Shown: one piece after another, positions 30,859 to 44,190 of the stretch | How the letters are laid out: the number at the start of each line of letters is the position of its first letter | Position numbering within the stretch: the first letter of the stretch is position 1 | Assembly: GCA_963695185.1 (NCBI GenBank) | Contig: CAVOGH010000005.1 | Span: 1,621,504-1,685,503 of the forward strand | Source of the DNA: an uncultured Gemmatimonadales bacterium | GTDB lineage: Bacteria > Gemmatimonadota > Gemmatimonadetes > Gemmatimonadales > GWC2-71-9 | Length of the DNA: 64,000 nucleotides | Direction: 5' to 3' | Made by a program: the position numbers and the translations under genes | Notes under the pieces: generated by a model | What the model was told of the DNA's origin: nothing | Databases searched by the model: none | The model's input: the letters and a program-made list of their open reading frames with translations, nothing else

Positions 30859-32188
30859 CTACTCCGACAGCGGCTCGACGCCGCCGGCACTGACCCGATA
30901 GAGCAGCAGCGGCGAGACCGGCACCGGCGGCCCGATGCGGATTGCCGCGCTGAGCGCCGCGAGGCCCACCTCGATGCCGGCGCGGTCGGCGGCGAAGACG
31001 GAGGCGATGGGCTCGTCCTTCTGGACCTTCGCCCCCGGCCGGGCCGACACCACGAACCCCACGCTGTGATCGATGGGATCGCCCAGGCGCCGCCGCCCGC
31101 CCCCCATCGCAATCACGGCCTCACCCAGGGCACGGGGATCCACCGACTGGACGGTGCCGGCGGCCGGCGCCTCGAACAGCTCCACCTCCTGGGCCTGGGG
31201 CAAGGCGGCGGGGTCGTCCACGATGGCGGGATTGCCGCCCTGGGCTTCGATGAGCGCGGCGAACTTGTCGCGGGCGCCTCCGGCCATGAGGCCGTCGGCC
31301 ACCAGCCGCTCCGCCTCCGCGGTACTGTCGGCCACCCCGGAGAGCCGCAGCATCTCGACGCCAAGCGCACCGGTCACCTGCAGCAGGTCGGCGGGCCCCT
31401 GCCCCTCCAGAGCGAGCAGCGCCTCCTCCACCTCGAGGGCGTTGCCGATGGCCCGCCCCAGGGGGCGGTCCATGGCGGTCACCAGCGCCACAGTCGGGCA
31501 GCCGTGGGCCGCACCGATATCCACCATGGTCCGGGCCAGTTCCAGCGCCTGGGCCGGCTCGGTCATGAAGGCCCCGCTGCCGGTCTTCACGTCGAGCACC
31601 AGCCCGGTCAGGCCTTCGGCGAGCTTCTTGGACATGATGCTGGCGGCGATGAGGGGGATGGAGGGCACCGTGCCGGTCACGTCACGCAGGGCGTACAGAC
31701 GGCGATCGGCCGGCACGATGCGCTCGGTCTGGCCGAACATCGCCACGCCGATGCGCTCGAGCTGGGCCTCGACCTCCTCGCAGGGTGAGGTCGGTCCGGA
31801 ACCCGGGAATGGCCTCGAGCTTGTCGGTGGTGCCGCCGGTGTGGCCCAGCCCGCGGCCGGACATCATCGGCACTTCGACGCCGCAGCTGGCCACCAGCGG
31901 GGCGAGGACCAGCGACGTCTTGTCGCCCACCCCGCCGGTGGAGTGCTTGTCCACCCGGGAGCGGCCCGGCGCAGCGGGGAGCAGCCGGTCGCCCGACTCG
32001 AGCATCGCCCGGGTGAGTTCCGCCAGTTCGGCCGGTGCCAGCCCGCGCCAGACGACCGCCATGAGGAGTGCCGCCATCTGGTAGTCCGGAACCCGGTCCG
32101 CAAGGTAATCCGCGAGGGCGCCGGTCCAGGCTCCGACCGGGAGGGGATAGCCGTCCCGCTTGGTTTCGATCAGTCGGGTAAAGTGCAC
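30859..32188 (-). CDS. deoA: thymidine / pyrimidine-nucleoside phosphorylase; one frameshift
   Basis: IETKRDG, MAALLMAV, DKHSTGGVGDKTSLVLAP, MMSGRGLGHTGGTTDKLE, RDVTGTVPSIPLIAASIMSKK and LDVKTGSGAF. Confidence 0.85.
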
Positions 32189-32331
32189 GGAGCTGGGGCC
32201 GAAGGCTGCCGGATCAGTGGGACGCGAGTAGATTCCGGGTGGAGTCTCCACTTTCCCGGACCGTCCGCAAGTGGGGCACCTCCCTGCCCGGCCGCCGGCC
32301 ACCCTCCCGAGACCCTTGACCTCGAGCCGTC

Positions 32332-33117
32332 ATGATCCGATCACTCCTCCTGCTGACCTGCCTCGCCGCCCCGCTCAGCGCACAAGCGTTGAACGACCAG
32401 GTCGCGGCCGGCATCGGGTCGCAGCTCGCGCGCGATCCCCACACCGCGCTTGGCCATTTCGAGGCGGCGCTGCGGGACGATCCCAGGTCATATGAGGCCA
32501 ATTGGCGGGCGGCGGAAGCGCTCATGGACATCGGGAAGCAGACCCCGGACTCGGTCAAGAGCCCTGCCCGTGACTCGCTCTACGCCCGGGCGGAGTCTCT
32601 GGCCCGGGTGGCGGTCGAGGTGAACCCGCAGGGTACCGACGGCTATTACGCCCTCTCGGCGGCCATCGGACGGGCGTCCCTTACCAAGAGCAAGAAGGAG
32701 CGGGTGCGGCGGGCGGGAGAGATCCGGGAGGCGGCGCTCCGGTCGCTGGAGCTGCAGCCGGAGCATCATAAGACGCTGCATGTCCTGGGACGCTGGAACG
32801 CCGAGATCATGCGGCTCTCGGGCTTGGAGCGGTTCTTCGCCAAGAACTTTCTCGGCGGCAAGATCTTCAACGCGGCCGCGTGGGACAGCGCCCTGGTCTA
32901 CATGGACCGGGCGGTGGCGGCCAGCCCGGACAACATCTACCACCGGCTCGACCTGGCCGAGGTGCTGATAGACCGCAAGCGCTACAGCGAGGCGCGGACC
33001 CAGCTGGAGCTGATCGGCACTCTGCCGGTATACGACGTCATGGACCCGGCCTATCAGGAACAGGCGGCGGCCCTGCTCCAGAAAATCGAAGGGAAGAAGG
33101 ACGACCCGAAGACCTAG
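32332..33117 (+). CDS. secreted TPR-like helical-repeat protein
   Basis: Intact 261 codons with signal MIRSLLLLTCLAAPLSAQA and helical-repeat character. Confidence 0.6.
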   Translation: MIRSLLLLTCLAAPLSAQALNDQVAAGIGSQLARDPHTALGHFEAALRDDPRSYEANWRAAEALMDIGKQTPDSVKSPARDSLYARAESLARVAVEVNPQGTDGYYALSAAIGRASLTKSKKERVRRAGEIREAALRSLELQPEHHKTLHVLGRWNAEIMRLSGLERFFAKNFLGGKIFNAAAWDSALVYMDRAVAASPDNIYHRLDLAEVLIDRKRYSEARTQLELIGTLPVYDVMDPAYQEQAAALLQKIEGKKDDPKT

Positions 33118-33380
33118 CCGTTGCGGAGCCGCTCCCGGAGCGCCGCCTTCTTCTCCCGGAACACCTCCCGGGCCTGGTCCCGGGCCGAGTCGAGCCCCTC
33201 GCCGGCGTCCTCGATGAGGTCCTCTGCGCCGCGGCGGAGCCGGCGGCGGATCTTGCGCCCCGAGGCCGGGGCAAAGAGCAGCGCGATCCCGGCGCCGACG
33301 GCGGCGCCCAGCAGCAGGCCAGTGGCAAAGCTGCCGGCATCCCAGCCGGCCCCGCCAACCTCGTCCTGATCATCGGTCAT
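33114..33380 (-). CDS. YtxH-like small membrane protein
   Basis: An 88-codon sub-ORF of 33114..34355, with a Gly/Ala-rich TM (GLLLGAAVGAGIALLFAP) and a charged helical tail. Confidence 0.55.
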   Translation of the reverse strand: MTDDQDEVGGAGWDAGSFATGLLLGAAVGAGIALLFAPASGRKIRRRLRRGAEDLIEDAGEGLDSARDQAREVFREKKAALRERLRNG

Positions 33381-33470
33381 GGCGTCCTCCTCAGGTGACA
33401 TGGCAAGGTACCCCGGCTTGACCGCCCTTCGCCACCTCACGAAACTTCGGCGTCCCTCCACAGGCCATTC

Positions 33471-34250
33471 ATGACCGCCACGACCGCCGTACCCGAAGAG
33501 ACCGGCCGCCTGCAGGCCCGCATCGCGGAGCTGGAGCAGGAGCGCCGGAACCTGCTGGCCATCATCGAGATCCTGCAGGAGATCGCGGGATCGCTGCACT
33601 TCGTGGACATCATGCAGTCCATCGCGAGGCGACTGGGCGAGGCGTTCGGCCTGGACCGGTCCTCGATCTTCCTGGCCGAGCGGGACGGCCAGACCGCCCG
33701 GCTGGTGGCGAGCTTCGAGGATCCCAGCATTCGCAATTACGTGGTGGACCTGGACCGCTACCCGGAACTCCGCCGGGCGCTCCGCGACGGCGAGACCGTC
33801 TTCATCCCCGACGTGGAACTCGATCCGGCCCTGACGCACCTGCGCGGCACCTTCGAGTCCCGGCGAGTGCGCACCCTGACGGTGATTCCCATTACCTGGC
33901 GGGGCGCGGCCATCGGCGCCATCATGCTGCGCACCTTCCGGGACGGACCGGCCTTCTCCGAGGCCGACCTGCGCTTCTGCCAGGTGGTGGCCGGGCTCAC
34001 GGCCAAGGCGCTGCGCAACGCCCACCGCTTCGAGCGGCTGCAGCACCGCGTGGGGGTGCCCTCCGGCAGCCACACCCGTGAGCGGGAGCGGGTGGCGCTG
34101 ATCGGGTTCCTGCGGCGCCTGGTGGACGAATTCGTGGCCCGCGACGGCCCGTGGAGCGAGGGCAGCCTGGCCCGCGCCAGCGCCGAGGAGATTGACCGCC
34201 TGGTGGGCGTGGCGCTCACGGTCATCTCCCAGGAAGCCTCGGCCCGATAG
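33471..34250 (+). CDS. GAF-domain protein
   Basis: Intact 259 codons with an N-terminal coiled coil and a GAF-like core (LQEIAGSL...SSIFL...LTVIPI...GAIML). Confidence 0.6.
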   Translation: MTATTAVPEETGRLQARIAELEQERRNLLAIIEILQEIAGSLHFVDIMQSIARRLGEAFGLDRSSIFLAERDGQTARLVASFEDPSIRNYVVDLDRYPELRRALRDGETVFIPDVELDPALTHLRGTFESRRVRTLTVIPITWRGAAIGAIMLRTFRDGPAFSEADLRFCQVVAGLTAKALRNAHRFERLQHRVGVPSGSHTRERERVALIGFLRRLVDEFVARDGPWSEGSLARASAEEIDRLVGVALTVISQEASAR

Positions 34251-34345
34251 CGGGCGGGTGCGCAGCGGGCTCGGCGCCGGTGGACGATCGCCCGCCCGCC
34301 ACGCCCGGCCCCGACTCCCGGCCACCGTTCCCCATCCACGCTTCC

Positions 34346-36352
<2,007 letters not shown>

Positions 36353-36423
36353 GCGACGGTCCCGCTTGCTCCCTGCACCGTCATCCCCTAACCTTCCAGC
36401 TACCCTTCATCGAGACGCCCGCC

Positions 36424-36981
36424 ATGGCCTCAGTCGCCCCATCCACGCCCGCCCGCTGCCTGGTCCTTGGCTGGCAGAGCATCCAGCACCTGAGGCAGGT
36501 GCTGGAGCGCGACGTGAGCGGGCAGGCGGCGGGCTGGCTGCAGGAAGCGGGATTTGCCGGGGGTGAGGCGCTGTTCGAGGCCTACACCGAATGGCTGGGA
36601 GACCGCTACCAGGTGGGGCGCCCCGCCTCACTGGACGTGCGGCATCTGGGGGAGACCCTGTCCGGCTTCTTCCGCGAATCAGGCTGGGGCGGCCTCGGGG
36701 TCACGCCGCTCGCACCGGCGGTCATTGCGCTGGATTCCACCGACTGGTGGGAGTCTGACCCCGCTGCCGGGGCGAGCTACCCCTCGTGCCATCTGTCCAG
36801 TGGCTTGCTCGCGGAGTTCCTGAGCCGGGTGTCGGGGACCCCGCTGGGGGTCATGGAGGTGGAGTGCCGCTCGCGCGGTGATGCCCGCTGCCGCTTCCTG
36901 GCGGGATCGCCGGAAACGCTGCAGATCGTCTACGGCCGCGTCGCCGAGGGGGCGCCCTACCTCGACGCCCTGACGAGCTGA
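36424..36981 (+). CDS. V4R-domain protein
   Basis: Intact 185 codons. C-terminal C...VECRSRGDARCRF is typical of 4-vinyl-reductase (V4R) domains. Confidence 0.55.
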   Translation: MASVAPSTPARCLVLGWQSIQHLRQVLERDVSGQAAGWLQEAGFAGGEALFEAYTEWLGDRYQVGRPASLDVRHLGETLSGFFRESGWGGLGVTPLAPAVIALDSTDWWESDPAAGASYPSCHLSSGLLAEFLSRVSGTPLGVMEVECRSRGDARCRFLAGSPETLQIVYGRVAEGAPYLDALTS

Positions 36982-36985
36982 CGCC

Positions 36986-37144
36986 ATGTGCGCCTACAAT
37001 GTCCGCCAGAACAAGAGCCTGGACCATGAGCCGGCCAAGGGCCCGGCGCGCATGGCCAACACCCTGCGCGAGGCCGGCGCGTGGGCGCTGGGGCTGGCGG
37101 TGATGTACGCCGTCTACTGGCTGGTGAAGCGGGTGCTGTTCTAG
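36986..37144 (+). CDS. 52-aa membrane micro-protein (tentative)
   Basis: ATG lies 5 nt after the V4R stop. C-terminal TM AWALGLAVMYAVYWLV. Not in the supplied ORF track because it is under 60 aa. Confidence 0.3.
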   Translation: MCAYNVRQNKSLDHEPAKGPARMANTLREAGAWALGLAVMYAVYWLVKRVLF

Positions 37145-37167
37145 CCCGCCCGGGCTCGATTCACCGC

Positions 37168-38458
37168 CTAGAACACCGACACGCCGTCGATAACCACCGG
37201 CTGGCGCAGCCCGAGCCCCCAGCCAGACCTGGTCCCGGCCCACTGCGACGACGCGTGCCAGCAGGTCATGGGCGTTGCCGGCGACCGTCACCTCGGGCAG
37301 CAGGCCCACGATCTCCCCGCCGCTCACCCGCCAGGCCAGCGACGCCGCCTGCGCGAAGGTCCCGCCGGCGGCGTTGGCCGGAAACGGTCCGCGCAGTCCC
37401 TCCAGAACCATCCCGTCTCCTACCTGGCCCAACAGCTCATCCCACGCCGACGCTCCCGGCTCCAGGACCACATTGGTGCACGCCGGCTGGGGCTTCCCGA
37501 AGGTGGTGCGACGACCGTGGCCGGTCGGTGACACCCCCACCCGACCGGCGGTCTCCAGATCGTACATCAGTCCCTCCACCACGCCAGACTGGATCAGGGT
37601 CAGCGCCCGGCTCGGAACCCCCTCGTCGTCCAGGGGACGCGAGCCGGGCCGGCCGGCCGCGAGCGGATCATCGCGCAGGGTAACCAGGTCGCTGAAGACG
37701 GCGGTTCCGCGGCGGCGGGCCAGCGGCGAATTGCCGATGAGCACCGCCTTGCCGGTGAGCGCCTGCTCCACCGGCACCAGCAGGACCGGCAGCGCCGCCG
37801 GCAGGAAGGCAATGCGCTGCCGCCCCGTTGTGGCGTCGACGGAGCGTTCCGACCAGGCCAGCTGGCGCCGGAGGTCGGCGGTGAGCCGCTCGACCTCCGG
37901 CAGGGACGGCAGGTCGGCGCCGCCGATCCGGCTCCCCACCACGATGCGGCGCCCGTCCTGGACCCGGCTGGCCTCGGCCGCGAGGGTCACCAGCGAGACA
38001 TCGTAGCCGGCGTTGAGTCCCTGCGTGTTGGCGATCCGCACGGCGCCCAGGGAGCGTTCCACGACCAGGTCGAGGTCCACTCGGTCGCCGCCGAGCCGGT
38101 CCCGCACCATGTGGCCCAGCTGGGCCAGGTCCGCGACGGTAGCGGCGGCGGCACGTGGCACATGGGTGAGCACGGAGGGGAGGCGGGAGAGGCGCGGGAG
38201 CGCGAGCTGGCTGAGTTCGCCTTCGCGGGCGGAGGCGATGGCCCGGGCGAGCAGCTCCTCCGGATCATCCCCAGAACTGCCGGCCACCCCCGAGCGCGAG
38301 TCGGCCACGACCCGGAGGTTGACGCCGTGGTGGGTGGTGGTCGTGGCCGCCACCAGGCGGCCGCTGGTAAAGCGGAGGGTAGTCGTCTCATCCGATTTCT
38401 GGACGATGTCGGCTTCGGAGACCCGCCGACCGGCCAGTTCCAGGAGCGCGGCGATCAC
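37168..38458 (-). CDS. TldD/PmbA-family metalloprotease subunit (PmbA/TldE-like); one frameshift near 37215
   Basis: ORF 36851..38458 shows the family pattern (PLDDEGVPS, GHGRR). The true C-terminus ..LRQPVVIDGVSVF* lies in another frame. Confidence 0.75.
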
Positions 38459-39825
38459 GCCGGGTCCCCGCTGATGGCGAGCCGGTCAAAGCGCAGATGC
38501 GGGGCACCCTCGGCCACGGGAATGTGGGCAAAGCCGTCGCGACTGCAGGCGCTGGCCAGCTGGCTCCAGTGGAAGTCGCCGGCGACGCCATCCAGGCGGT
38601 GGAGGGTCTCGCTCACCTCGCCGGACAGGGTGACGGGCTTGACCAGCTCGGCGAGATGGCCATCGCGGATCACCTGGCCCCAGCCGGAGGTGAGTGAGAA
38701 CCGGCCCATCCAGGCGTGGCCCGCGATGGCATCGGCCAGGTAGATGCCGAAAGGAATCCCCCGAATCAGCTCCTCGAGGGTGCCCTTGCCATTGGAGACA
38801 TAGACATTGGTCAGCCGGGCGGACGGGGCGTGAGCCAGCTTGGGGGTACGGGCGTTACCGGTCGCGGGCACGCCGGCGCGGGCCGCGGTCTCGCGGGTGT
38901 GCAGTCGCCCCACCACCGCGCCGTGCTGCACCAGCAGGGTGTTCTGGGTCGGGGTGCCTTCATCGTCGAAGGGCCGGGCGCCAGTGAGCCCCGAGGCGCT
39001 GCCGTCATCGCCCACGGTCAGCAGGTCCGACGCGATCCGCTGGCCGGGGTGGAGCCCGGCATCGGCATCGCGGGCCGCCCGGCCCGCCTCACACAGGTGG
39101 CCGACGGTCTGGTGCATGAGGGCCCCGGCGGCGCGGGGATCGAGGACCACGGGGTAGCTGCCCGCACGCACGCGGGCTGCGGCCAGCAATGCTACCGCCC
39201 GGCGGGCCGCGGCGCGGAAGGGAACCTCGGCCGCCAGCACGGAGTGCCAGCCACCCGGCACCGCCCAGGACTCGAAGGCACGCTCCAGGAAGTTCTCCTC
39301 CCGCGCCATGACCCCGGCCGCCAGCCGAACCGTGGGGCGCAGGTCGTGGAGCTGGACCCCCTCAGAGGTGGCGATCCAGCGTTCCGTCACTGCGTCCCGG
39401 TAGCCGGCCCAGGACTCGGTGATACGCCGGTCTGTGGCCAGCATCTCCTGGTTGAGCTGATCCAGGAACCGGCGCTTCTCCGCCAGCGAAATGCCGCGCA
39501 CGTCGCCATCGAGATCGGCCGCGTGATCGGCATCCTGCACCGGGATGTCCGCCAGCCGTACGGAGGCGGGCATCGGCACCACCAGAGAGAGCTCGTGGGC
39601 GCGGGCCACGGCGGCGCGGACGCTGGTGAGCCCCTGGAACCCGGCTACGCCCCAGCCCCGGCCCCGATTGATGCAGCGCACTACCCCGCCCTCTTCGAGC
39701 GCGGTGGTGGCGCCCTCGAGCCGGCTGCCGCGGAAGGCGATCGCGGTGCTCCACACCCGCTCCAGCCGGATGTCGGTGTAATCGGCCCGGGAGGAGCGGA
39801 TGGCGTCGTGCAGGAGGTTCTTCAT
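38455..39825 (-). CDS. TldD/PmbA-family metalloprotease subunit (TldD-like)
   Basis: Intact 456 codons with ADYTDIRLE, PFDDEGTPTQ and ATGNAR. Overlaps the partner gene by 4 nt. Confidence 0.8.
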   Translation of the reverse strand: MKNLLHDAIRSSRADYTDIRLERVWSTAIAFRGSRLEGATTALEEGGVVRCINRGRGWGVAGFQGLTSVRAAVARAHELSLVVPMPASVRLADIPVQDADHAADLDGDVRGISLAEKRRFLDQLNQEMLATDRRITESWAGYRDAVTERWIATSEGVQLHDLRPTVRLAAGVMAREENFLERAFESWAVPGGWHSVLAAEVPFRAAARRAVALLAAARVRAGSYPVVLDPRAAGALMHQTVGHLCEAGRAARDADAGLHPGQRIASDLLTVGDDGSASGLTGARPFDDEGTPTQNTLLVQHGAVVGRLHTRETAARAGVPATGNARTPKLAHAPSARLTNVYVSNGKGTLEELIRGIPFGIYLADAIAGHAWMGRFSLTSGWGQVIRDGHLAELVKPVTLSGEVSETLHRLDGVAGDFHWSQLASACSRDGFAHIPVAEGAPHLRFDRLAISGDPA

Positions 39826-39846
39826 GGCTGGCCGGGTGCCCGCCCC

Positions 39847-40371
39847 TCAGCCGTTACCCTTCAGCCACTGGACGTAATCCGGCCGGGTGACCAGCTCGCC
39901 GTCGGCGATGATCTCCCGATCCCACGGAAGGATGATGAGCCTGTCGGTTTCGAAGGCATGGAAATCCGGCTGGAAGGGACCGGTGCGGAAGGAGACCGCG
40001 GTCCGGACCTCCGCCGGTTTGAGCGCCCGCACCTCGTTGAGCGCCAGCTTCAGGGTGGACCCGGTGTCGCAGGTCTCGTCCACCAGCAGCACCCGGCGCC
40101 CGCGGATGGTGCCCGGCGGGCCGGTGACGAGGATCGGATCGCCGCCGGCGTCCTGCCGGGTCACCGCCATGGAGGCGAATTCCAGCTGCAGGATGGACGC
40201 CACCACCACGCCGGGGATGACCCCGGCCTTGGCGATGCCGAGGACCACCTCCGGCTGGTACTCGCGGGCCACCTTGAGCGCGAGCGCGCGGCACAGCTCG
40301 CCGAAGAACGGCCAGTCGATTTCGAGAATGCCGCGCGGAGCGGGAGATGAAGGGCGTTTCATGGGTCGCAA
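39847..40371 (-). CDS. phosphoribosyltransferase (purine PRTase-like)
   Basis: Intact ORF with the PRPP-binding motif VLLVDETCDTGST. Confidence 0.75.
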   Translation of the reverse strand: MRPMKRPSSPAPRGILEIDWPFFGELCRALALKVAREYQPEVVLGIAKAGVIPGVVVASILQLEFASMAVTRQDAGGDPILVTGPPGTIRGRRVLLVDETCDTGSTLKLALNEVRALKPAEVRTAVSFRTGPFQPDFHAFETDRLIILPWDREIIADGELVTRPDYVQWLKGNG

Positions 40372-40508
40372 GCCTCGGTGGCTGTGAACCTTCTAACCTA
40401 CCGGCCCACGGGGTCCGCAACAACTGGTGGGGCACGTTGCGGCCCCTTCCGGCCGGGGGTATCTTGCAGGATAATTCCCTCCCGATTCGAGAAGGACGTT
40501 GTTCCCCG

Positions 40509-40952
40509 ATGAGTCTCTGGCGGCGGTTGTTCGGCGGCGGCAAGTCCGAGAGCCTCAAGCCGCAACGGCTCGACTACCTCAATGAAGCGCTCGCTCTGGA
40601 GCGTCAGGGGGATTACGAGGCGGCTCTGACGTCCTATCGGCTGGCCATGCGGGACAATCCCAACGACCCGCGCATTCTCCAGAACATGGCCATTGCCTTC
40701 ACCAAGACCGGCCAGCATGATGAGGCGATCCGGCATTACCGGCGGGCGCTGCAGCTGGACCCCAGCCTGGTCGGCGCCCACTATGGACTGGCCTTCCGCC
40801 TCAAGGAAAAGGGAGAACTGGGGCAGGCCGCCGAGCACCTGCGCGCCTTCCTGGCCAAGCCCCCCCGGGGCCCCGACGCCGAGCGCTGGGTGCGGCACGC
40901 GGAGGCCGCCCTGGGCGAGCTGGTGAGCGGATCACCACCGGAACCGTCGTGA
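40509..40952 (+). CDS. TPR-repeat protein
   Basis: ATG inside ORF 40347..40952. Contains three TPR-like units (EALALERQGDYEAALTSYRLAMRDNPND...). Confidence 0.65.
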   Translation: MSLWRRLFGGGKSESLKPQRLDYLNEALALERQGDYEAALTSYRLAMRDNPNDPRILQNMAIAFTKTGQHDEAIRHYRRALQLDPSLVGAHYGLAFRLKEKGELGQAAEHLRAFLAKPPRGPDAERWVRHAEAALGELVSGSPPEPS

Positions 40953-41630
40953 CCCGGCTCGTCCCCGCCCTGGGCATGCTGCTGCCTGGGCTGCAGCTCG
41001 CTGGGAGAGGGAGACGGCGTGGTGGCGCTGGAGGTCTCCACTCCGCGGCCGGCGGTGGTGGAGCAGCACGACACGATCCGGCTGCGGGCCCGCGCCCTGA
41101 ACCTGCAGGGCGACAGTGTCGCCGCGGCGATCGTTTGGGCGGCGGCGGACACGACGGTCCTGGTGAGCGGCGCCGACTCGCTGACCACTCCCTACGTCTC
41201 CGGCACCGGGCGGGTCCAGGCACGGACCGGGAGCCTGCGTTCGGAGCTTGTGAGCTTCACCTTGCGGCGGCGGTCCGACAGTCTGGCGCTGACCGGCCCC
41301 GCCGCCGACACGGTCAGCGCGGCGGACAGCGCCAGCGCTCCGCTGGTGGCCGCAGTTCTGTCGCTCACCCCGGACACGGCCGGCATCGGGGGCACCGTGA
41401 TCCACTATGCCATCGAGCCGGCGGCCATCGGCCTGGTGCGCTTTGCGGGAGATGCGAGCGAGCTGTTTGCCGCCACCGGCAGCACCGGCGCCCCATCGGT
41501 CCCGGTGACGCTCAGACGGGTACCCGGCACGACCCAGCCGGCCAGCGTCGTGGTGACGGTGGATGCAGTCCGGCCCAGCGGCCGGACGGTGCCCGGATCG
41601 GGGCAGAGCTTCACGGTAGTGTTCGAATAG
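40949..41630 (+). CDS. lipoprotein with Ig-like (BIG2-like) repeats; one frameshift near 40985
   Basis: Removing one C from ctgctgcctggg restores MTRLVPALGMLLLGCSS (lipobox), joined to ORF 41019..41630. Confidence 0.55.
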
Positions 41631-41701
41631 CCGCAGCCAGCGGTCCATCACGGCAGGCGGCCCACACCAAGCGAAGGACCGTCCCTCCACGGGAGGTTCC
41701 C

Positions 41702-43515
41702 ATGGCAGCACCTACCACCCTGAACGAACTCTTCCTCGGCGCCCTCGATCGGTACGCCGATCGCCCGGTTGCCATGCGGGTCAAGCGCAATGACGCCTGG
41801 CAGGATATCTCCTACGCGGACGTGCGAGACAGTGTCCTGGCCATCGCCTTCGGCCTGCGGGAGCTGGGCGTGACCGCGGGGCAGCACGTGGCGCTCCTGT
41901 CGGAGAACCGGCCGGAGTGGGCGTTTGCGGACTACGCCTGCCTGCTCAACCGCTGCGCCGACGTCCCGGTCTATCCCACCCTCCCGTCGGGCCAGATCGC
42001 CTACATCCTCCGGGACTCCGCCGCGGTGGCGATCTTCGTCTCCAGCCGGGCACAGCTCGACAAGATTCTCGACATCCGCAGCCCGGACGTCACGCCCGCG
42101 CTGCGCACATCATCGCCATGGACCCCGACGCCACCGGGCCCGGGGTCATGCCGCTCAGCGAGCTGATGGACCGGGGCCGCGCGGCCGCGGCCAAGTATCC
42201 CCGCTGGAAAGAGGAGGCCTTGCAGGTCAAGCCGGGTGACCTCGCCACCCTGATCTACACTTCGGGCACCACCGGCGACCCCAAGGGCGTCATGCTGACG
42301 CATGGCAACCTGACCAGCAACGTGGTGACGGCCAGCGGCTGCATCGCCCTGGTAGACGGCGACGAGGCCCTCTCCTTCCTGCCGCTCTCGCACGTCTTCG
42401 AGCGGATGGCCGGGCACTACCTGCTGTGGCACGCCGGCACGCTGGTCAACTACGCCCAGAGCATCGACACGGTGTCGGCCGACATGCTCGAGCGGCGGCC
42501 CACCGTGGTGCTGTCGGTGCCCCGGCTGTACGAGAAGATCTATGCCCGGGTGCTGGAGGGATCGGCCAAGTCGCCGGTGAAGAAGAAGATCTTCGCCTGG
42601 GCGCGACGCTGGGGGGAGCAGTGGACCGACCTGGTGCTGGCCAAGCAGCCGGTGCCCGGAAGCATTGCGCTTCGCAAGGCCATCGGCGACAAGCTGGTCT
42701 TCTCCAAGCTGCGGGCCCGCACTGGCGGCCGGCTCCGGTTCTTCGTGTCGGGCGGCGCACCGCTTTCGGCGGAGATCGCCAAGTTCTTCTATACCGCAGG
42801 ACTGCCGATCTTCGAGGGATACGGCCTGACGGAGACCTCGCCGGTGATCTCGGTCAACACGCCAGACGCGATCCGGATGGGCACGGTGGGCCGGCCGATC
42901 CCGGGGGTCGAGGTCAAGATCGCAGGAGACGGCGAGATCCTCTGCCGCGGCCCCAACGTGATGAAGGGGTACTACAACAAGCCCGAGGCCACCCGGGAGG
43001 TGCTCGATGCCGATGGCTGGTTCCACACCGGCGACATCGGCGAGCTCGACCCCGCGGGCTTCCTGCGGATCACCGACCGCAAGAAGGACATCATCGTCAC
43101 CGCCGGCGGCAAGAACATCGCCCCGCAGCCGATCGAGAACCGGGTCAAGACCAACCCGTTCATCGTCAACGCAGTCATGATCGGCGACAAGCGCAAGTAC
43201 CCCGTGATGCTGATCGTCCCCAACCTCGAGGCCCTCCGCGGGTGGGCCGCCGAGCGGCAGATGAGCGTCGGCGATGACGCTGCCCTGATCGCCGATCGGG
43301 AGGTCAACGACAAGATCGAGCGGGAGGTGAAGCGGGCGCTGCGGGACCTGGCCCACTTCGAGATGCCCAAGAAGGTGCTGCTGATCGAGCGGGATTTCTC
43401 GATCGAGAGCGGCGAGCTCACACCCACGCTCAAGGTCAAGCGGCGGATCGTCGAGAAGAACTACCAGAAGCAGATCGACGCCCTCTACGCCGAGCCAGCC
43501 CCCGCGGGGGCCTAA
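41702..43515 (+). CDS. long-chain-fatty-acid-CoA ligase (AMP-forming); one frameshift near 42100
   Basis: AMP-binding motif LIYTSGTTGDPKGVMLTH, plus GYGLTETSP, WFHTGDIG and GGKNIAP. Confidence 0.85.
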
Positions 43516-43539
43516 CCGGCGCCAGGCAGGCAGCACCAC

Positions 43540-43573
43540 ACACGGCCCTCCGGATCCGTCCGGGGGGCCGTGT
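43540..43573. terminator. hairpin between convergent genes
   Basis: ACACGGCCC-N16-GGGCCGTGT lies between the acyl-CoA ligase stop (43515) and the minus-strand gene end (43584). Confidence 0.5.
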
Positions 43574-43583
43574 CGTTCCCGGT

Positions 43584-44183
43584 TCAGGCGGTCCGGCCCA
43601 CCCACCAGCCCGCGGCGCTGGCCAGCAGCTCGAACCCCGCCTCATCCGGCACCGGGCCCTGCCCGCTGATCCTGAGGCCCGGAAGCACCGCCGCCAGCGC
43701 CCGGCGGCGCCAGAGGGCGTCCTCGCCCTCGGGCAGTCCCAGCACCACCCCGCGCTGGGAACGGGCCTTGAGCGGAAAGCTGGGCGAGTAGAGCACGGTG
43801 ACCCCAGGGACGCCGGCCAGGTCCGCTACGGGATTCACCGCCGCGAAGTGGACCCCGGGAAGCAGCGGCCGCAGGTCCGGCGCGAATCCGGCCGCGCTCC
43901 CTACCAGGGTCAGATACCCGCCGGGACCCTCCAGCTCCAGGAAGCTCAGGATCGCGGCAGCGTCGGGAACCCCGCCGCCGGGCGCCACCGCCGGGGCGTG
44001 CTGCCCCGGCCGGATGCCGAAGTGCACCACCCCTGCGGTCACCGGATACTCCCGATTACAGACCGGACAACCCAGGAACCCGCGCTCCACCTCCCGACCG
44101 GTGACGGCGTCGGGGATGAGAACGAGGTACGCCTCATCATGCTCGGCGGGACAGCGAAGATGGTCGGTGAGTTCGATGAACAT
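43584..44183 (-). CDS. Trm112-like zinc-ribbon protein with C-terminal extension
   Basis: Intact 199 codons with a split ribbon (LRCP...GCPVCNREYPV..GVV.F). Confidence 0.5.
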   Translation of the reverse strand: MFIELTDHLRCPAEHDEAYLVLIPDAVTGREVERGFLGCPVCNREYPVTAGVVHFGIRPGQHAPAVAPGGGVPDAAAILSFLELEGPGGYLTLVGSAAGFAPDLRPLLPGVHFAAVNPVADLAGVPGVTVLYSPSFPLKARSQRGVVLGLPEGEDALWRRRALAAVLPGLRISGQGPVPDEAGFELLASAAGWWVGRTA

Positions 44184-44190
44184 TGATGGG